59,251 nucleotides of DNA from Welwitschia mirabilis (Eukaryota), in assembly GCA_051453625.1 (NCBI GenBank), contig JBOZIK010000001.1:3863390-3922640 (forward strand), given 5' to 3'. Under the pieces are notes generated by a model. That model saw only the letters and a program-made list of their open reading frames with translations, made no database searches and was not told where the DNA came from. The position numbers were made by a program, and so were the translations under genes. Shown here piece by piece: positions 12,751 to 26,360 of the stretch. The number at the start of each line of letters is the position of its first letter. Within the stretch, counting starts at the first letter, position 1.

Positions 12751-15699
12751 TTCATTTTTCAAAATAGTGTTTTAGATGATGGACTTTCTCTTATATAAGG
12801 TAAAATTAGTATTAAACTATTTACAAAGGTATTTTTAACTATGATAACAAATGGTAGAAACATAGAATCTCAAAATATGGAAGAAAAGAAAAACATTCAT
12901 GTGGCTAAACATTAATCAAAAACTTCAAATTGCTTTTACATTACAACTCCAATGCTGATTTCCATTACTGTATAGAAAATATTCAAACTTAGAAATATTT
13001 TTTAATATACAACTTTACCTAAAAATTTTTCATAAAATAAGGAATATAAATGAAATATGCATTTTTATATCTATTTTTAAAAGAATACAAAAATTTTAGA
13101 GGTACACTTTGTATTGCCATGTGAAACATTAAAAAATTTAAAAACTAATTCATTCTCAAACATAACTACTTTTCCTTCAATCGTTTTTCCATTATTACTA
13201 TTCTTATTTAATTTCCTCTCCCTTGTTTTAGAGCCTAATCCTTAATTTATTTTTACCCCTTTTCTTTTAGTCATTTTTCATTTTCTATAATTAGAAAATC
13301 CTAAAACCACCATTTCTACTTTTCCAATGTAATAGTAGGCATTGCTTGACCTTCATATATTTCTCCCTCAAATGTAGTATTCATATTACATTATGCTACT
13401 CCTTTGCATTTCCATCATGCCAGATTTGTTTTGAATAATACATGTCCTTCTATTATGAGTAGCATAATAAGCATTCTTTAATCATCATGGGCTATGCACA
13501 AAGAGCATAACCTCCTATCATGAAGCTGTCATGAGTAATAACCAAGCATATATTTTGTTTGTAGTTATAACATAGAGAGACTATGTAGAAATTTTTTGTG
13601 GCCATGCTAATATTTCTAAAAGATTTATCATTAAGTTGAATAAGGAAGGTACTTGGTTTATGATAATTATGTGCACTTTCATGAACTAGCTGTCATTGAA
13701 ATTATAATATATGATAAAGAACATCTTGAAATTCGATTTGGAGGTGAGCTTTGATTTATAAGAAATTATTATTATTTAGCTATAAAAATCAAGAGGGCAT
13801 AATATTAATATGGTCTACTAAATTGATACAAATAATGATGCATGCTCATTTTAAAATACTTCCTATTAGAACATGACTTCTAGTAGTCCATTAAAAAACA
13901 TCTTTGCTTCATTATTTTTATGTTAGAATATCCTACATTAATATTCTATACTTCTTAAATAACTTATTATGTCAAGTATTTCAATAAAGAAAAGTTTGTT
14001 ACAGGGTTCTTATATGACTTCTTTAGCAAAGGGTTTTGCAATGCCACGTAAATATTCATGGTTGAATTGACATTCTAGAGGAATTTTTCCAAAAAAAATA
14101 ATACTAAAAACCTTACCCTCTAGTACTGGTAACACATTGACTAATGAAACTAATGACATGCCTAATAGCAAAAGTGATGATAACATGCTAAATCAATAAA
14201 ATCATGACACACAATTACATGTTTAACCCCTTTTTAATCTACTTATAGAAGCAAAAATATAATGTAGATTACTTGTTTATTTCATATTGATACTCATACT
14301 ATGATATTCTGATAGAATGGAATTTTAATAATTCCCTAATCAAAATGAATGCTAGTGTGTAAAGTCTTATTATTATAGCAATTAGAAAGTCTTCTAGATC
14401 TAATATTCCATTTATTTACTTTAAATAATGATAACTTCTATTTTCTACTTGTAATATATCTCTTTTTTGATTAATAAAAAGTCATACTTTCTCCAAAAAA
14501 GGAATAGTATTATTTTATTATTAAGAAATAAATAAATAATTTTTATTTAGAGGATGTTGAAAATTTTAGTATGCATATCTTACCGTAGAGTATAAGTATG
14601 ATGGTCATCAAAATGAATATTTTAATTACAAACAGGGGCTTATTGTAGGCTAATTAGATCATTTAAAAATCTAAATCCATAACCTCTTAAAGGGGGGATA
14701 AACATCCCACCAGTTGCACTATAATCTAATGGAAAATTATATTTATTAACATACTTTGTGTATTTTATATGATCGTTTTTAGCATAAGTAGTATTAGAGT
14801 ATGTTATTGGTTAACCTACTTAAATAATGGGAGTAAATAAATATCTATTCTAGTTATGTAAAAAAACCTATTGTTCCATTCATACAGATGTTAACAAAGC
14901 TAATTAGTTTTTCCTTTGGAAGGAGCAAGGTGTTAGAACTTGAATAAAATGAATTTACAACTCAAAAACTAATAGATGACTATAGAACAAGGAAAAAGAA
15001 CTAGAAGTGACAGCTTGTAAAGGCTCATAACTTAGAAGGAGAAATAATAGATAAAAATAAAGTAAATGATCAGTTACTGAAGGCTATGAATGTTAAAATT
15101 TAGCTAGAGATGAGTTCATGTAAAATAGCAAAGAATCATCTCCTAGTACATCAAACATTAGAGTAATGAATTAACTTTTAGATGAGCTTGTTCAACCTAC
15201 ACTTTAACTTGAAAGATAACTTGATGAAGAAAGTAAGCCTTTTTTTACATAAGGAAAATCATAGTGAGCATATTCTTTATAAAAAGTGATTATACAACGA
15301 TGTTTCTATATTCGATATGATTTAATAGACAAATGCTCTTTCATAGAAAGAGCTGAAGAGGATGTAGGCAATGCTTCTCACTTAAAAAAAATTCTTTTCA
15401 ATTTAGCTTAAACCTTGTAAAGCTCAAGAAATCCATAATCAAATAGAAGTTGCATAATTACATCCATAAAAAATGTGGTAAAAACTCTCATCAAAATTAC
15501 AAGAAGAATAGGTTATGGAGGAAATGTCCAAATAAAGTAGACAAAATCCTAACAAAAGCCCATAATGTAAGAGATCTCATACAAACTATTTAATTCTAGG
15601 AAGAGTAGATAATTTCCAAATTAAATCAAAGTGAGATTTTCAATCTTATTCTAAATCATTCATATTCCATTGACAATTACATCTTAAAGTAAGAATATG

Positions 15700-17350
15700 A
15701 GAAACTTAAAGCAGTTGCAAATCCTATTAACTTTAAAAAGCAATAGAAAATATCCATTGGCCCATTTAAGGGTATCCCATAAATATTTTTCATTATCAAT
15801 TATCTAAAAATTATTATTAAGGAAATCCTTTAAGTTTAAAAAAAGAAATATGCATTAATGCAGACAATCCATATAAAATTCGAAAATATATCCACTAAAT
15901 CAACTACCCTTAAAAATAGATAAAACTTAATAAAGTGATATCTTTGTAAACCCAATAAGATGCTAACTTGGAATACTAACATTTCAAAGGATAATTAGAT
16001 AGAGGAAGACATCATGGATTAAGTTCTTAAAGAATTGATAAAGGAATAACAATGTTGTCCATGCTTTCTAAATACTTTAAAAAAAATGAGTGTCTCTTAA
16101 TTTGATTTTATGGGGATAGATTATCCAATTCACAAGATGAATACATATTCAAGCAAGCTAATACTTGAGAAAAGATGTAGTCAATCTATGCAAAAGTAAT
16201 AAAGTAACAAGATCAGATTCATTAACAACATGCAAAATCCACTTGCTACATAAAACTTGATCATGGCTAAAATAGTATATGAAGCCATTAAATCCATTTT
16301 TATTAAAAGAAAGTAGATAGTTTAGGATGCTTTAGCAAAACCTTCTTCTTAAGATTACCTCTAGTTTATTATAAGTTGGTTTGCGAGGAGCTTAATGATA
16401 AGAATAACAAGTGTCAGTAGAGACAAGAAGGAATTTACAAACCATAAATTTACTAGCAATTAAAAATAATTTACATTTTTATTTACCTATCTTTATTGAA
16501 TCTTCTATAAAATCCCCTTGTAAAGATCTATAAGAGATCTAGAAAATGAAAAAAAAATCCTGAAAATTCAAAAATATTTATTAGTTAAATTATAAATCAA
16601 GGTTAAAGGGAAAATTATTGGTAATTTCCAACTAAAGGAAAAAAAGAAGATTTTTCCTAGTTGATTTTAGATCTAGATAGCAAAAATCCTAATTCACTAA
16701 ATAAGGTAAGAAAGAACTACCTATCATTCTTAATGATGAAAAAGAATTCGTTTACAAAATCCATATTAATAAGCTATTTGTAATCACCTTAAATTTAAAT
16801 ATCCTAAATCAATCTTTATTTTTCATTAGCATGAATAGCATTACATAGAATATCTATAGCAAGAATAAATAAATAAGGAGCTAAAGGTGAGCCATGTCAA
16901 ATATACCATTCAATTATAAAGGTATTTGAAATGCCATGCTAACTAGCTACATAAGCATAGCATCTTTAAATAAGTAGGTAACTAAATGAAGAAAAATTTT
17001 GCTAGAACCTATCTTCTTAATGTATTTTAAAATAAAACTCCACTAAATTTTATCATAATTCTTTTGCATAATCTAGTTTAATGAAGATAACATCTTGACC
17101 AAAATATTTTTCCCATTTCATTTCTTTCTATGTAGCAACCACATTGTTGAGAATATATTTGTCTTTAATAAAACCAAATTAATCTTTACAAATAATACCT
17201 AGAAGAATAGATTTCAATAAATTAGTTAAAATTTAGCCAAAATTTTTCAAGAAACATTTAGTAATGTGATAACAGAATAGTTGGTAACAAAATGAGGATC
17301 TCTAGATTTGGAAAGAAGCAAAATAATTCCTTTATTAATATAAGATCCCA
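15700..17350 (+). mobile_element. Highly degraded Gypsy (Tat-like) pol remnant
   Basis: Only faint motifs: RT N-terminus-like sequence at ~15850-15980, DALAK at ~16326 (RNase H ADALAK-like), integrase-like traces at ~17100-17300. Confidence 0.3.
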
Positions 17351-20300
17351 AAGAACCTTTGTAAATGGCCTTCTAAATTATCTTTTAATAATCTTATCCT
17401 ATGATGTCATAACGATTTTTATAAAATGCAGTTTAAAAAACATCAAATCTTAGGGCTTTTTCATTAGCCAATTTGAAACATTCCTTTTTAATTTTCTTAA
17501 AAGTGATATCACTTTCTAAAATAGAGTTGTGAGTCAAAGTAAATTTTTTGGGAATAAAAGTGGCATTTTGATAAAAATGAGTGGGATTAAAAGCCTCTAC
17601 ATTAAAAATAGCTATAAATAACCTACCACATGATTCAAAATATGATTTAGTCCAACAATTAAGGTATTATCAATAAATAATTGAGAGAGACATTGATTGT
17701 CACCTACCTTGGATTTTAAGAATTTCAAAAACACTTTATAATTACCATCTTGAATGTGTATCTAAGTTGTTGTGGTGTGTATTTGTGCACGCTTTTATGT
17801 TCAAATAGATTTTGTCATTAATAATTAAAATAGATATTATGCATAATACATGACATTAACATAATGGGAGTGACCCAAAATGTTGTATCTTATTGAAGTC
17901 TACCCTCATGAGACTAACTTGCTTTTGCAATTAAACTTTAGGAACCAATTAATGAATAACAATGCAAAAAGATAAACTACCATGCAAAGTGCAATATGCA
18001 ATCTAATCTAGCATGCACTGCAAATGAATCCTAATCCTACTTGCTTTTTAGCCCTAACAAAGGCTGCCCTTGATAATCTATATCACCCAAGGAATTATCA
18101 CTAGATCAAGGCAACATTAGACTATAAGGGTCACAAGACATCCTATAATGCAAACATAAAATAAAATCAAGATTTATATTAAAATGGTAGCAACATCTGG
18201 GTTACAAAATAGCTGGGTCTCAATGGAAGATACTTAGCCTTCTACCAAGTGCTCGTCTTTTTGCAACTCTTAAGATAGATCTCTCATCCTTCGCTCTCTT
18301 GTCACAAGAATCTTTGGTGCATAGAAGATAAGAATGAGAGTCGGGTGGGTGGTGTGTGGGGGTGGGGGTGGAGTGGAGGAGGGGGGTGTGGGGCTTATTA
18401 TAGGAAAATACAACAGAAAAGGACAAACAGNNNNNNNNNNNNNNNNNNNNNNNNNNNNNNNNNNNNNNNNNNNNNNNNNNNNNNNGAATGTGTTAGTGAC
18501 AATTACATGTCAGTGTCATCAGGGCTGTTGTCTGGATGACATGGGGGACGACAAAACATTACAAAATATTTTGAAAGTGATGACTTAGCAGTCCACGTAA
18601 GCAATCATCATCCTTCCTGTAGTGGGGAAGACGGAGGGGATGAAGATCTTCTTTAATGATTTTCTTGCAGAGAAACTTAGCAGTTTTGTCATGAAAAGCT
18701 CTATTCATCGAAAAGTATCTTTGATGTGTCATATTTGGATAATAGCTGCAATTTTTCGAGATTTCCTCTTGTATCTCCAAAATCCTCAGAATTGCACTTA
18801 AACCTGTATAAAAGTCCTGCAAAAAAACTCATAAAATCCATTAAATAACCGTAAGATGGCAGCACAACACAAGTTAATCAACTCTCAATTAAAGCACTAG
18901 AAGCATAATAAACATAAGTGTCTTCTTGTATTAGCTAATAAAGTTTGAGTTTGAACATGCATTGATAAGACAAGGGATTGACTAAAGAAGAAATATGTTG
19001 ATTTTTATAATTTTAGCATGAGATAATTGTTTTTGAAAATAATGAGGAAAAATCCTAATTCTACATGTAGTTTGATGTGATCAAGTAATCCAAAAAAAAG
19101 AGTGAGAAGTATGAGGCTCTACATTTCATAAAACATTAAGCCACTTATTCCCTTCCTTCTAAGTAAATTCTTAGTAATGCAATCAAAGAGGGATTGATTT
19201 TTTGAAATGATTATTACAATGAAAGTCAGTATTCAAAAAGATTAAAAAGTGATTAGATAAAATTGCATTTGTTAAAACTCTAAACATGAAATGAGTAGAC
19301 CGAAAGCAAACAAATGAAATATAAATCCATTCTAATTGAACATAGGATGCAAGTAGAACGAAACCTATACTTACTCCAAGTAAAGATTGATTAAGCAAAT
19401 GTAGAATTAAATTGATTTCCTTTGTAAATTAAACAAAGTTATTCCTTAAAAGTCATCTAAACCAGAAGTTCTAAAGCCTTTATATATCAAAAAATACCAC
19501 CTCCCTTATCATTTGGAGATTTTAACATATTAAAATATCCTTCAGAAATCCAACGAACATTAGAAATCTTCAAAGCCAATACTTATCATAAAATGCAACG
19601 ACTCTTACAATCATTAGAAGTATAAATAGAATAAATAATAAAACTTCCAAAAGTACCACATAGTAGTTACTTGATAAAATAAAGTGCATGTGGCTAAATC
19701 AAACCTTTGGTTACTGTCTTGATCAAAATATGTAAGAATGGCTTCCATCTAGAATGGAAAATAATAGAAGCGCTTCTCTACCTTTAGAGTGAGTACTAAA
19801 AATATGAAATTCATTATGAATAAAATGTTAGGAATAAAAACTCATAGTAGAAGATGAAATCTTAATTTCTTAAAGAAGAATATAGTCAGTGGATGCAATA
19901 GAATGAATATAAAGGCCAACATGTTTTCTACGAAGCATATGTATAATGCCTCATACATTCCATGAAAAAAATAATCATGAGGAAGTAGAATTGGGATGCC
20001 CTAATTAATATTCAATAATTGACTATTCAATTGTGAAGCAACATCCATACATGAAGATAACATAGGAAAACTATTAAAAATATAAATGCCATCTTAAAAT
20101 AAGATTTTTTAAAATAGGAGGAAGGGTATTCTGTTCTTCTTTTTGTTTTAGATTACTAGGATGACTTCCATTAACATTTCATTTTTAGATTTTAGCAAAG
20201 TAAAACTCTCTTCATTTATGGCTTGAGTTTTAGATGAATCTAAAATATTCTTGTGAAGAATCTTTTAGAGCATGAAGTTTCCATCCTAAAGAATTTTGTT

Positions 20301-21244
20301 GAATTTAAGATGTAGAGTATTTGCTAGAATTATTATTTAGAGATGAGAAAGAATCAACTTAAAATCTTGAGTTAGCTACTATACAAAATGTATTCTATTT
20401 CTGATTTTTCATTTCACGTTTCTTCTTTAAAAAATGGGAAGTGTTAAAAAATGACCTTCACAGTGGCAATACTTAGACGAATTTGAAAGAGTAAAGTAAG
20501 TCATAGGCTAAATGAAAAATTACATGACTTATCTTTAATGTTAGGATTTTCTTACTCATTGCGAGAATTGTCCAATAAGGTATTGTTAAGACACAACTCT
20601 AGTAAAGACTCTTTCTTCAACATGTAGCATACTACCAAGAAAGCCAATAATATCCTACTCTAATGGTTGAAAAATCCAAGCTACACTTGAAAGTTCAACA
20701 TGCAAGGAACTATTAAATTCTTAAAGACCATTTACATTCATAGTATGCCCTCATTTTCAAACAATAAGTACAACACGTTTATGCATAAAAGAGAAAATAT
20801 TAATAGTCCTTTATAACATTGAACTCTTTACTGATCCAATGAGAAAAAAGGTCTACACAAGCATAGAGTGTGTTTTACCAAAATATTTTGTTTTGCCAAA
20901 ATAAATGAGATTGTAAGATAAAAGAAGAAGAGCATGAAATATAACCCAAAACCTAAAAAAGATATAATGCAAGGAGATATCTTACAAGTATTTATAGAAT
21001 AATTCATTAGTTAAAATAAAATCATGGTAATTACTATCACAAGTATTTATCAAATAATTCATTAGATATATCTACTACATTACTATAATGATATAAGAGA
21101 GAGGGCCCTACTTTGCATACTATGAGGCCTTGAACATGATTAAATTATTTTTTTAGGTGATTATAATAGCTATATTTCTAGGGAAAGGTATAGTGAATAG
21201 AAGTCTCAAGTTGGACATTGTGTAATATTAGAGGGAGGACTAAT

Positions 21245-21306
21245 GGGTTGGTAGTCCAACTAATAAGACACTTGCCCTTCATATAGGAGGTCAACCATTT
21301 GAACCT
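21245..21306 (+). mobile_element. tRNA-derived SINE head (decayed)
   Basis: A-box-like tagtccaactaa and B-box-like atttgaacc. The core aagacacttgcccttcatataggaggtc is shared with the copies at 28263-28316 and 31128-31185. Confidence 0.45.
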
Positions 21307-22041
21307 TTGGATGCCTTGCACCATACTAGAACTTCTATGATGCCTTGGGCATAATCAAATCATTTGTTTAAGAAATTATCTTGGCTTTACTATTGTGGAG
21401 TACCATTACTAAAAGTTTCAATACATGAAGTAAAATTTAATATGACAACTTACTAACAAGATAACTCAACTTCTTTTTACTCTTTTTTTTCTTTTTTTTG
21501 GAGGAAGTTAATTCATGTGAAACCATATCCTTCTTATGAAGGTAACTGATTTGCTTACCATGATGAAAACTTGTGGATGGTTCTATCAATCTTGGTTTTA
21601 TAGAAATCCATATGTAGCCCTCTTAACTCGGAAACTAGCCATGCTAACACACCATAAGACTTAAACCCAATAGGTAGCAAACTTGAAACTTTTAATGATG
21701 GTACCTTGCCCTCAAAAATATAATTACTATAATTCTGAGACAAATCCCTTTAAACATGGGTTAGGCCTTAAAATAATGTCAATTAGTTCGTTCAAAAGTT
21801 TAAACCCAAAGAAATAATTTTTTGAGTAAAGAGGCACTCATCCTGTATTATACTTGTCGTGCTAGGTTTTCAAGGTGAAATCCTGGCTATAAAGGGAAGC
21901 AGCAGGTTTACTTAAGATCAGTCATTCGTACTGCGAGCGATTCTCGACTTATGGTGGAAGTAAATTATCTCACACTTCTGTGATTCCAATACTTGGAAGC
22001 CTTAGTGGAGAAGCGAAAATCGGTGCGCTCCGTCTCGCAGT

Positions 22042-22091
22042 TTATATACAATTTTATAATCCTTCTGGTGCTGCAGAAACTCAAACCCTAA
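22042..22091 (+). promoter_or_regulatory. Putative core promoter of the reticulon gene: TATA-like ttatatac (~22042-22049) and telo-box AAACCCTAA (22083-22091)
   Basis: The motifs lie 50-100 bp upstream of the ATG inside a CpG-rich island. Confidence 0.5.
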
Positions 22092-22142
22092 CAGTCCGTT
22101 TGAGCCTCGATCCTAGGGTCCATTGTTCTGCTACGTGAAAGA

Positions 22143-22907
22143 ATGGCCGGCGAGCATTCGGAGAGGGGTTTTCTGGGCTCAGCCGCTGAAATGATGTCCG
22201 AAAAACTGCATTTGCATCGTTCTTCCTCTTCTTCGTCCTCCGATGACGAATCGAAGCCGTCGATCGCCGTTGTCACAGAAAACGCGTTCAATGGACTCTT
22301 CGGAAGGAAGTCTTCCGTGCACGCGGCGCTTGGCGGCGGAAAACTGGCGGACTCGATGCTCTGGAGAGACAAGCAGAGATCTGCAAGCATTCTGGTAGGC
22401 GCGACTATGCTGTGGATTCTGTTAGAATGCATGGATTACTATTTCTTGACTTTTGTTTGCCATGTCTTGATACTCTCCCTGGTAACCTTGTTCGTCTGGA
22501 TTAATTCCGCCGTTTTCCTTAAGCGAAATCCGCCTCACATTCCTAAGATCATGATTTCGGAAGATAGCGTACAGAGAGCCGCTTCTGAAATCCGATCGGA
22601 CCTTAATGCCTTGTTAGGGTTTCTGCATCGTGTTGCCACTGGCAGGGATATCAAGAAGTACTTGATCGTAATTGGAAGCCTATGTATTCTTGCCATTTTA
22701 GGTAGTTGTTGTGATTTCTTGACTCTGGTTTATGTCTTGGTGCTTGTCTCCCATACCGTCCCTGTTCTGTATGAGAAGTATGAGGATCAAGTGGATTCGT
22801 TTTCTGATAAAGCTCTGAGGAAAATTCGCGAGCAGTATAAAGTTATTGATGCGAAGTTATTGAGCAAGATTCCGAGGCGTCCTCTAAAGGAGAAGAAGCA
22901 ATCATAG
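22143..22907 (+). CDS. RTNLB: Reticulon-like protein B (RTNLB1-6 type, ER-shaping), 254 aa, single exon
   Basis: Uninterrupted ORF with a poly-Ser/acidic N-terminus, the LFGRKSSVHAALGGGKLADSMLWRDK motif, two long hydrophobic hairpins, VPVLYEKYEDQVDSF, LLSKIPR, and a C-terminal KKXX ER-retrieval signal (KKQS). Confidence 0.96.
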   Translation: MAGEHSERGFLGSAAEMMSEKLHLHRSSSSSSSDDESKPSIAVVTENAFNGLFGRKSSVHAALGGGKLADSMLWRDKQRSASILVGATMLWILLECMDYYFLTFVCHVLILSLVTLFVWINSAVFLKRNPPHIPKIMISEDSVQRAASEIRSDLNALLGFLHRVATGRDIKKYLIVIGSLCILAILGSCCDFLTLVYVLVLVSHTVPVLYEKYEDQVDSFSDKALRKIREQYKVIDAKLLSKIPRRPLKEKKQS

Positions 22908-23668
22908 GTTATCATTCTGTTTTTCTTCTCCTTTTCCTTTTTTTTGTTTTGCTTTTTTGATTGTTCGTTATGTGAAGGTTTTAGGTTAAGGTCTTTGAAA
23001 TATGTTGTACCTATGCAGTGTTCAGTGTTTTTATTTTGCAAGCAAGCTTGTAATCTCTGATTATTAGGCAAGTGGAACCCCTAAATTATTTTCAGTCTAC
23101 AGTCGGAGCTTGCCTGTAAAGCTATGAATCACAAATTATTTTCAGATTGGTGGTGATTCTGTGAATCATAAATGACTTTCAAATTTCCAGTATTTTGTAT
23201 TTAACATTCTACTAATGTTGTAGCAATTGTCGCTCTCGGATCACTCAAGTAGAACGTAGTAGAACGTGGTTTTCTTTGTGCCATATTTTTAATTCAATTC
23301 ACGCGTCCATTGGAAAAGAATGATTATGTTTCTGAAATAAATTGAATTTATTATTTGTGCAGTTTCATTAAAACTAAGTTTTTGGCACACTCTCAAACGT
23401 GAGAGCACATCATTACATGCACAGGTATACGCTTTATATATGGTTTTAACACATCCTTTCAAATTTACGGACTGCTGAAACACATTGGTGCCTGCACTTT
23501 TAAGTTAAACTGCCATTCCTACATTACCTTTACTTGAATAGACGGAAACAAGGTTCATCATGTTGTTTTGTTTGAATCCACAGTGCTTCATTTTCTATTT
23601 AATATTACAAAACAGCGTAGCTACGGCTTTCAGTAGTATTTTTCTCTTTTGAAGCTTTACATTTGTTT

Positions 23669-23860
23669 GGTGGCAAACTTACAACTTTAGGTGGCCTATA
23701 TATTACGATTTGATTTTCATTATTTTTTCTTTGCTATATAACTTTCACTCGTATTTTATGTTCTGACGCATAACTTTCAGTCGGTGGCAAAATAACAACT
23801 TTCGGTGGCCGATAAATTACGATTTGAGTTTCATTGTTTTTTCGTGATGTCACTTTCAAT
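23669..23860. repeat. ~114-bp-period diverged direct repeat (2 copies plus traces)
   Basis: ggtggcaaacttacaactttaggtggcctatatattacgatttgattttcatt (23669) vs ggtggcaaaataacaactttcggtggccgataaattacgatttgagtttcatt (23783). Confidence 0.7.
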
Positions 23861-26360
23861 TGTAATTTCTGTTCTCAAGCCCAACTTTGGGTGCGTGCCA
23901 CAATTACAGCTTTCGGTGCTTTGTCTGTGAATCCGGAACCCAGATTCAACACTTTGAAACCTATTTTCTGCAAATGGAAAACCGACTGCAGCGNNNNNNN
24001 NNNNNNNNNNNNNNNNNNNNNNNNNNNNNNNNNNNNNNNNNNNNNNNNNNNNNNNNNNNNNNNNNNNNNNNNNNNNNNNNNNNNNNNNNNNNNNNNNNNN
24101 NNNNNNNNNNNNNNNNNNNNNNNNNNNNNNNNNNNNNNNNNNNNNNNNNNNNNNNNNNNNNNNNNNNNNNNNNNNNNNNNNNNNNNNNNNNNNNNNNNNN
24201 NNNNNNNNNNNNNNNNNNNNNNNNNNNNNNNNNNNNNNNNNNNNNNNNNNNNNNNNNNNNNNNNNNNNNNNNNNNNNNNNNNNNNNNNNNNNNNNNNNNN
24301 NNNNNNNNNNNNNNNNNNNNNNNNNNNNNNNNNNNNNNNNNNNNNNNNNNNNNNNNNNNNNNNNNNNNNNNNNNNNNNNNNNNNNNNNNNNNNNNNNNNN
24401 NNNNNNNNNNNNNNNNNNNNNNNNNNNNNNNNNNNNNNNNNNNNNNNNNNNNNNNNNNNNNNNNNNNNNNNNNNNNNNNNNNNNNNNNNNNNNNNNNNNN
24501 NNNNNNNNNNNNNNNNNNNNNNNNNNNNNNNNNNNNNNNNNNNNNNNNNNNNNNNNNNNNNNNNNNNNNNNNNNNNNNNNNNNNNNNNNNNNNNNNNNNN
24601 NNNNNNNNNNNNNNNNNNNNNNNNNNNNNNNNNNNNNNNNNNNNNNNNNNNNNNNNNNNNNNNNNNNNNNNNNNNNNNNNNNNNNNNNNNNNNNNNNNNN
24701 NNNNNNNNNNNNNNNNNNNNNNNNNNNNNNNNNNNNNNNNNNNNNNNNNNNNNNNNNNNNNNNNNNNNNNNGGACGGTGGTCAGTTTTTTGTCCTTTTCC
24801 CATGTCGCCGAAACTAACTTTGAATGGCCTACTCTAAATCGCGCATTGGGTTATCTTTATTTTGTGAAGGCATAACAACATTGTGTTCCTGCGGGATCTC
24901 CATCAAAATATCCGTACGTCACAAAATTCTTATTTTCACCTGGGCCTCTGTTGTCCTGTCAGCACTTTCATAGTGATATTGACTATGCTATTGATCATTA
25001 AAATTTAGGAAAAAATGAGATACTGGTAATAACTTGTGGATCGTATATAACAGGTTGTATATTAAGTGTGGCTACTGTATTATAAAAGCTGCAAGATGTT
25101 TTGGGCCTTTAGAAACTGTCATTTAGAAGTGACAGCCAGGGCCTGACTGGAAAATTGTTTGAGCATGAACCAAAGCGTAGAAGTTTGCTATTATGAGCTA
25201 CTGAGACACATAGGTTACGTTACTTTTTTGGCTTCAGGATTATCCTTTATGATAGGATTCTAGCTATTATTCGTGATTCCGTATACCGATTGTAGCAAAT
25301 AAATATATCTCTCTTATGCAATGGAAGCGTGACATACTCCCTTTTAAATATTCTATAGTCAGTGTTAGGGACAGCTGCTTACAAACAAATCATGGCTAGA
25401 ACTGTATCTTTACTTCTATAAACATGTGCTATGATATAAAATCCCAACCATGAATCTGGACCAAAATGTCATTAACAGGATGCAGTGCTAACTAAATTTC
25501 CCTCGGTGGAGTTTGTGTGGAAGTATTTGGGGAACATTGAATTTGAAATTCTTATTGATCGTGATTCCCTTAGAAATATAGCCACCATGAATGTAAGGTG
25601 AAAGATTTTAATTATGTTTAAAGTCCCATAGTTTGTCAAAGAGGGCATTAAAAGGTGTAAACCCATGGTCTCCTAAATGGTTGGGATTGACTAAAATGAT
25701 TGTAGGATGTTTCCCTAAATGAGGTTGAATTTTTGAAATGTTGAAAATTTTTGTGGTCATTTTTATATGAAGCGTGAAAAGTAAAAAGGGAAAAATAAAA
25801 AGTTGAAAGGAGAAATGGGCTCAATTCTTACTCTCAACATCATTTTGTGTTGTTCTCCTCTTTTTTGCAAAACTTTTTCAAAATGTTTTTTTTACCATTT
25901 TTCTTAGATTTTTTATCCTTTTAGAAAGAATTTCTCCAAAGGTGCTTTTATAACTATTCATTGAACAATTGAGAAGGATAGAAAAGAGAATTTAATCAAA
26001 ATGGTACAAGGTGAAAATTAAGCTTTGTTTCCTTTGATGATGTTTCATCTTTTTATTAGAATTGTTTGAATCTTTAACACAGAAGATGTGTAATTTTGTT
26101 GTCTCGTTAGTTGTTTGGAAGATATGAAGGACGACCAATAGTTATTTTTACAGGGGAAAAAATAAGTGCGGAAAATTAGAAATAGAAGCAAAACTATTGA
26201 GAGTTGTTCATTGAGTTGTCTGAACGATAAAGAGGACAATGTTGACTTTATTACGTTATCGAAAAAACAAAAAATGTTTAGTGCAAAAAGAACAAAAAAA
26301 TAGAAATTGTAGGTCATCATATCATCGTCTCGACAATAAACAAGACGATAGGGTTATTAA

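Noticed and set aside
18345..18392. G-rich run (possible G-quadruplex)
   Set aside because: Short low-complexity sequence next to a gap, with no evidence of function.
19700..20700. Possible Gypsy RT/RNase H traces
   Set aside because: The motifs are too eroded to call with confidence.
22088..22432. Antisense ORFs over the reticulon gene (also 22787-23071)
   Set aside because: These are shadow ORFs of a GC-richer coding strand with no recognisable motifs.
24772..24801. Possible MULE/MITE terminal inverted repeat (ggtcagttttttgtccttttccc)
   Set aside because: The partner end and TSD would lie in the N gap, so it cannot be supported.
23834..24837. Long ORFs here and at 28466-29509, 43736-44333, 45026-45430
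   Set aside because: They are open only because they run through N gaps.
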